From Candidatus Woesearchaeota archaeon (GTDB lineage Archaea > Nanobdellota > Nanobdellia > Pacearchaeales > GW2011-AR1): a DNA stretch of 64,000 nucleotides. A program made the position numbers and the translations under genes. Below are positions 61,196 through 64,000 of this stretch, one piece after another (the first letter of the stretch is position 1; each line of letters opens with the position of its first letter). The stretch is taken from NCBI GenBank assembly GCA_964576755.1, contig CAZNUV010000005.1, forward strand, positions 2,762 to 66,761, written 5' to 3'. The notes beneath the pieces were generated by a model. It worked only from the letters and a program-made list of their open reading frames with translations. It was not told the origin of the DNA and searched no databases.

Positions 61196-64000
61196 ATGGA
61201 GAAAGAAAAACAAAATAATACTCAAGAATTAAACGAAGAAAAAATTCTTGAATTTTGGAAAAAGAAAAAGATTTATGAAAAGAGCAAGAAAAAGAACTCT
61301 AAAGGTAAAGGATTTTATTTTATGGATGGCCCCCCTTATGCTACAGGCCATATTCATATGGGTACTGCTTTGAACAAGGTTTTGAAAGATATTGCTATGA
61401 GGGCTAAAAGATTACAAGGTTTTGATGTTTTTGACAGAGCAGGTTATGATACTCATGGATTACCAATTGAATTTCAAATTGAAAAAGAAATCGGCTCTAA
61501 AACAAAAGAAGATATTGAAAAATTTGGTGTTAAAAAATTTGTAGATAAATGTAAAAAATTCGCAACACAATATATTGATGTGATGAATTCTGAATTTGAA
61601 AATCTTGGAGTCTGGATGGATTTTTCAAATCCTTATTTAACATTAACAGATGATTATATTGAAACAATTTGGGATACTTTTAAAGTAGCAGATAAGAAAG
61701 GGCTATTATATCTTGGAAAATATCCAGTCCATGTTTGCCCTAGATGTGAAACTGCAGTTGCTTTTAATGAAATTGAATATGCTAAACAAGAAGATAATTC
61801 TATATTTGTAAAATTTCCTTTGAAAGATAAAGATAGAAAGAATACTTTTTTAGTAATTTGGACAACCACTCCTTGGACTTTACCAGGAAATACAGGTGTA
61901 ATGGTCAATCCTTCAATTGTATACCAAGAGATAGAACTTTCATCTGGAGAAAAATGGATTATTGCAAAAGACCTAGTCCCAAAAATAATGGCTCAATTAG
62001 AGTTAGGGTTTACTGTTAAATCTGAATTTAAAGGTAAGAAAATGGAAGGATGGACTTATGAAAATCCTCTTGCAAAAGAATTAGATTTAGGATTAGATGA
62101 AAAAAAATCTTATCGTGTGGTCCTTTCTGGGAGATATGTTACAACAGAAGAAGGTACTGGCCTTGTTCATTGTGCTCCTGGACATGGTAAAGAAGATTTT
62201 GAAGTAGGAAATCAAGCAGGATTAGAAATGCCCTGTCCAGTAAATATTAATGGATTACTCACAAAAGAAACTGGAAAATATGCTGGGAAAAAAGCAAGAG
62301 TTGTTGATAAAGAAATCATAGAAGATTTAGAAAAATCAGGAAACCTTGTTTATAAATTAAAATATACTCATGACTATCCTTTATGTTGGAGATGTAAATC
62401 TTCATTATTGATGATTTCTCAGCCACAATGGTTTTTGAAAATATCTGAGATTCATAAAAAACTTTTAAAGAGAAATGAAGAAGTTAATTGGGTCCCCTCT
62501 TGGATGAAACTAAGAATGAAAGCCTGGTTAGAAGGAATTTCTGATTGGCCTGTTTCAAGAGAGAGATATTGGGGAACTCCGCTGCCTATTTGGACTTGTA
62601 ATAAATGTGAAGAAACTATTGTTGTTGGAAGTGTAAAAGAATTAGAAAAATTATCTAAGCAAAAAGCAAAAGGCCTTCATAAACCTGAAATTGACAATAT
62701 AAATATTGATTGTAAATGTGGAAATAAAATGTCCCGTGTTCCTGATGTACTTGATGTTTGGTTTGATTCAGGAGTTTCAAGTTGGGCTGCACTAGGATAT
62801 ATGAATGATAAAAAGAATTTTGAAAAATTCTGGCCTGCTAATCTGAACATTGAGGGTAAGGATCAATTTAGAGGCTGGTGGAACTCTCAACTAATCTTAT
62901 CAGAGATTAAATTTGATAAAAAACCTATGGAAAACATTGTAGTTCATGGGATGGTTTTAGACATTGGTAAGAAAAAAATGTCCAAATCATTGGGAAATAT
63001 TCTTTCTCCAAAAGAAGTAATCGAGAAGTATAACCGGGACTATTTTAGATATTACTTTGCAAAAGTTTCAAAAGGGGAAGATTTTGCTTTTAATGAGTCT
63101 GAATTTAAGGAAATAGAGAAGTTTCTCAGAGTTTTGTCTAATGTTAATAATTTCATTAATCAACTAGAACCTGAACCTAATAAAAATAAAAAGAACACCC
63201 TCAAAATAGAAGATAAATGGATTTTATCTAAATTTAATTCTTTTATTCAAGAAGTTAGTGAAAAGTACGACTCCTTTAAACTTCCAGAAGTAGTTTTGTT
63301 GATAGAAGACTTTTTAGTAAATGATTTAAGTAAGACTTATATTAAAATAATTAGAGATAGAGCTGATGAAACCTTTGAAGTGTTAAATGAAATTCGTATA
63401 GGTTTATTAAAAATTTTAAGTCCAATTATTCCCTTTACAACTGAAAAAATTTGGCAGGGATTAAAAGATAAAAAGATATTTTTTATTAAAGAAGAATCAA
63501 TTCATTTAACAGATTGGCCAAAAGTAGACAAGAAAAAAATAAACCCAGAGTTAGAAAAACAATTTCAATTAGTACTTCAGATTATTGAGAAGGGACTTGC
63601 AGAACGTGATAGATTGCAAATTGGATTAAAATGGCCTTTATCTAAGGCAGTAGTAAATTGTGATAAAGAGATAGATAAAAATCTTCAAGAGATTATAGAA
63701 AGACAATTGAATGTTAAGAAAATTGAACTGAAAAAGACAAAAGAACTTAATGTAGAACTTGATAGTGTTCTAACAACAGAACTTGAGGCAGAAGGTTTTG
63801 CAAGAGAAATTTCTAGAAAGATACAATCAGAGAGAAAAAATGCTGGACTTGTTAAAACAGATAAAATTGAGCTTCAAATTACTGGAGATTTAGCCGAAAT
63901 TGTCCCTATGGAGTCATCCTTCCTAAAACAAAGGGTTAATGCAAAGAGTATAAAATTTGCTGAAAGTGATATTAAATTTAAATATTCTAGCGACGGAAAT
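61196..64000 (+). CDS. ileS: Isoleucyl-tRNA synthetase (3' end runs off the window)
   Basis: Open frame from the ATG at 61196 to the window end. It is absent from the ORF track because no stop is reached. HIGH-type motif PPYATGHIHMGTALNK, the IleRS-typical WTTTPWTLPGN, the editing domain, and KMSKS (KKKMSKSLGN). Confidence 0.9.
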   Translation, partial: MEKEKQNNTQELNEEKILEFWKKKKIYEKSKKKNSKGKGFYFMDGPPYATGHIHMGTALNKVLKDIAMRAKRLQGFDVFDRAGYDTHGLPIEFQIEKEIGSKTKEDIEKFGVKKFVDKCKKFATQYIDVMNSEFENLGVWMDFSNPYLTLTDDYIETIWDTFKVADKKGLLYLGKYPVHVCPRCETAVAFNEIEYAKQEDNSIFVKFPLKDKDRKNTFLVIWTTTPWTLPGNTGVMVNPSIVYQEIELSSGEKWIIAKDLVPKIMAQLELGFTVKSEFKGKKMEGWTYENPLAKELDLGLDEKKSYRVVLSGRYVTTEEGTGLVHCAPGHGKEDFEVGNQAGLEMPCPVNINGLLTKETGKYAGKKARVVDKEIIEDLEKSGNLVYKLKYTHDYPLCWRCKSSLLMISQPQWFLKISEIHKKLLKRNEEVNWVPSWMKLRMKAWLEGISDWPVSRERYWGTPLPIWTCNKCEETIVVGSVKELEKLSKQKAKGLHKPEIDNINIDCKCGNKMSRVPDVLDVWFDSGVSSWAALGYMNDKKNFEKFWPANLNIEGKDQFRGWWNSQLILSEIKFDKKPMENIVVHGMVLDIGKKKMSKSLGNILSPKEVIEKYNRDYFRYYFAKVSKGEDFAFNESEFKEIEKFLRVLSNVNNFINQLEPEPNKNKKNTLKIEDKWILSKFNSFIQEVSEKYDSFKLPEVVLLIEDFLVNDLSKTYIKIIRDRADETFEVLNEIRIGLLKILSPIIPFTTEKIWQGLKDKKIFFIKEESIHLTDWPKVDKKKINPELEKQFQLVLQIIEKGLAERDRLQIGLKWPLSKAVVNCDKEIDKNLQEIIERQLNVKKIELKKTKELNVELDSVLTTELEAEGFAREISRKIQSERKNAGLVKTDKIELQITGDLAEIVPMESSFLKQRVNAKSIKFAESDIKFKYSSDGN

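Noticed and set aside
61654-61908. An 84-aa minus-strand ORF.
   Set aside because: It lies entirely antisense inside the clearly coding IleRS frame (61196..>64000). It has no independent support.

Overview
This is a strongly AT-rich archaeal chromosome fragment. The archaeal assignment rests on rpoH-rpoB-rpoA-rpl30e-nusA-rps12-rps7, EF-1alpha, EF-2, RFC small and large subunits, archaeal DnaG, Alba, S17e, L41e, EndA, DTD2 and diphthine synthase. Short genes, tight packing and many giant sequon-rich surface proteins suggest a small-genome, DPANN-like archaeon, but that is inference. Layout: (i) 1-12.98 kb holds a surface-protein cluster with two giant Asn/Thr-rich proteins, Cys-rich modules and a MoxR/DUF58/vWA triad. 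(ii) 13-22.3 kb holds housekeeping genes (Sm, MFS, RNase Z, tRNA-Cys/Arg/Met, GlyRS, ParA, HIT, Alba, S17e, EndA). (iii) 22.45-27.79 kb is a ~5.3-kb integrated element, bounded by a 14-bp duplication of the tRNA-Gln 3' end and carrying a tyrosine integrase. (iv) 28-39.5 kb holds L41e, RFC and a dense dNTP/thymidylate cluster (thyX, tmk, nrdR, nrdD, nrdG, kinase-dCMP deaminase, tdk). (v) 39.6-48.3 kb holds the RNAP/ribosomal operon. (vi) 48.4-64 kb holds EF-1alpha, ArsM-like, EF-2, DnaG, endo IV-like, a surface protein, DTD2, diphthine synthase and a partial IleRS. The stand-out finding is a diversity-generating retroelement (DGR) inside the integrated element. A ~90-bp repeat at the 3' end of CDS 24185..24838 differs from an intergenic copy at 25182..25272 only at template adenines, and that copy lies next to an RT-like ORF. 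This DGR is odd in three ways: the VR has a 1-nt deletion that truncates the target, the RT-like ORF shows no YxDD, and the cassette sits on an integrase/tRNA-att element. Other notable items are a class III RNR whose glycyl-radical domain is a separate 39-aa ORF, tandem NrdR boxes, an unsplit RpoA, and a rearranged str operon.
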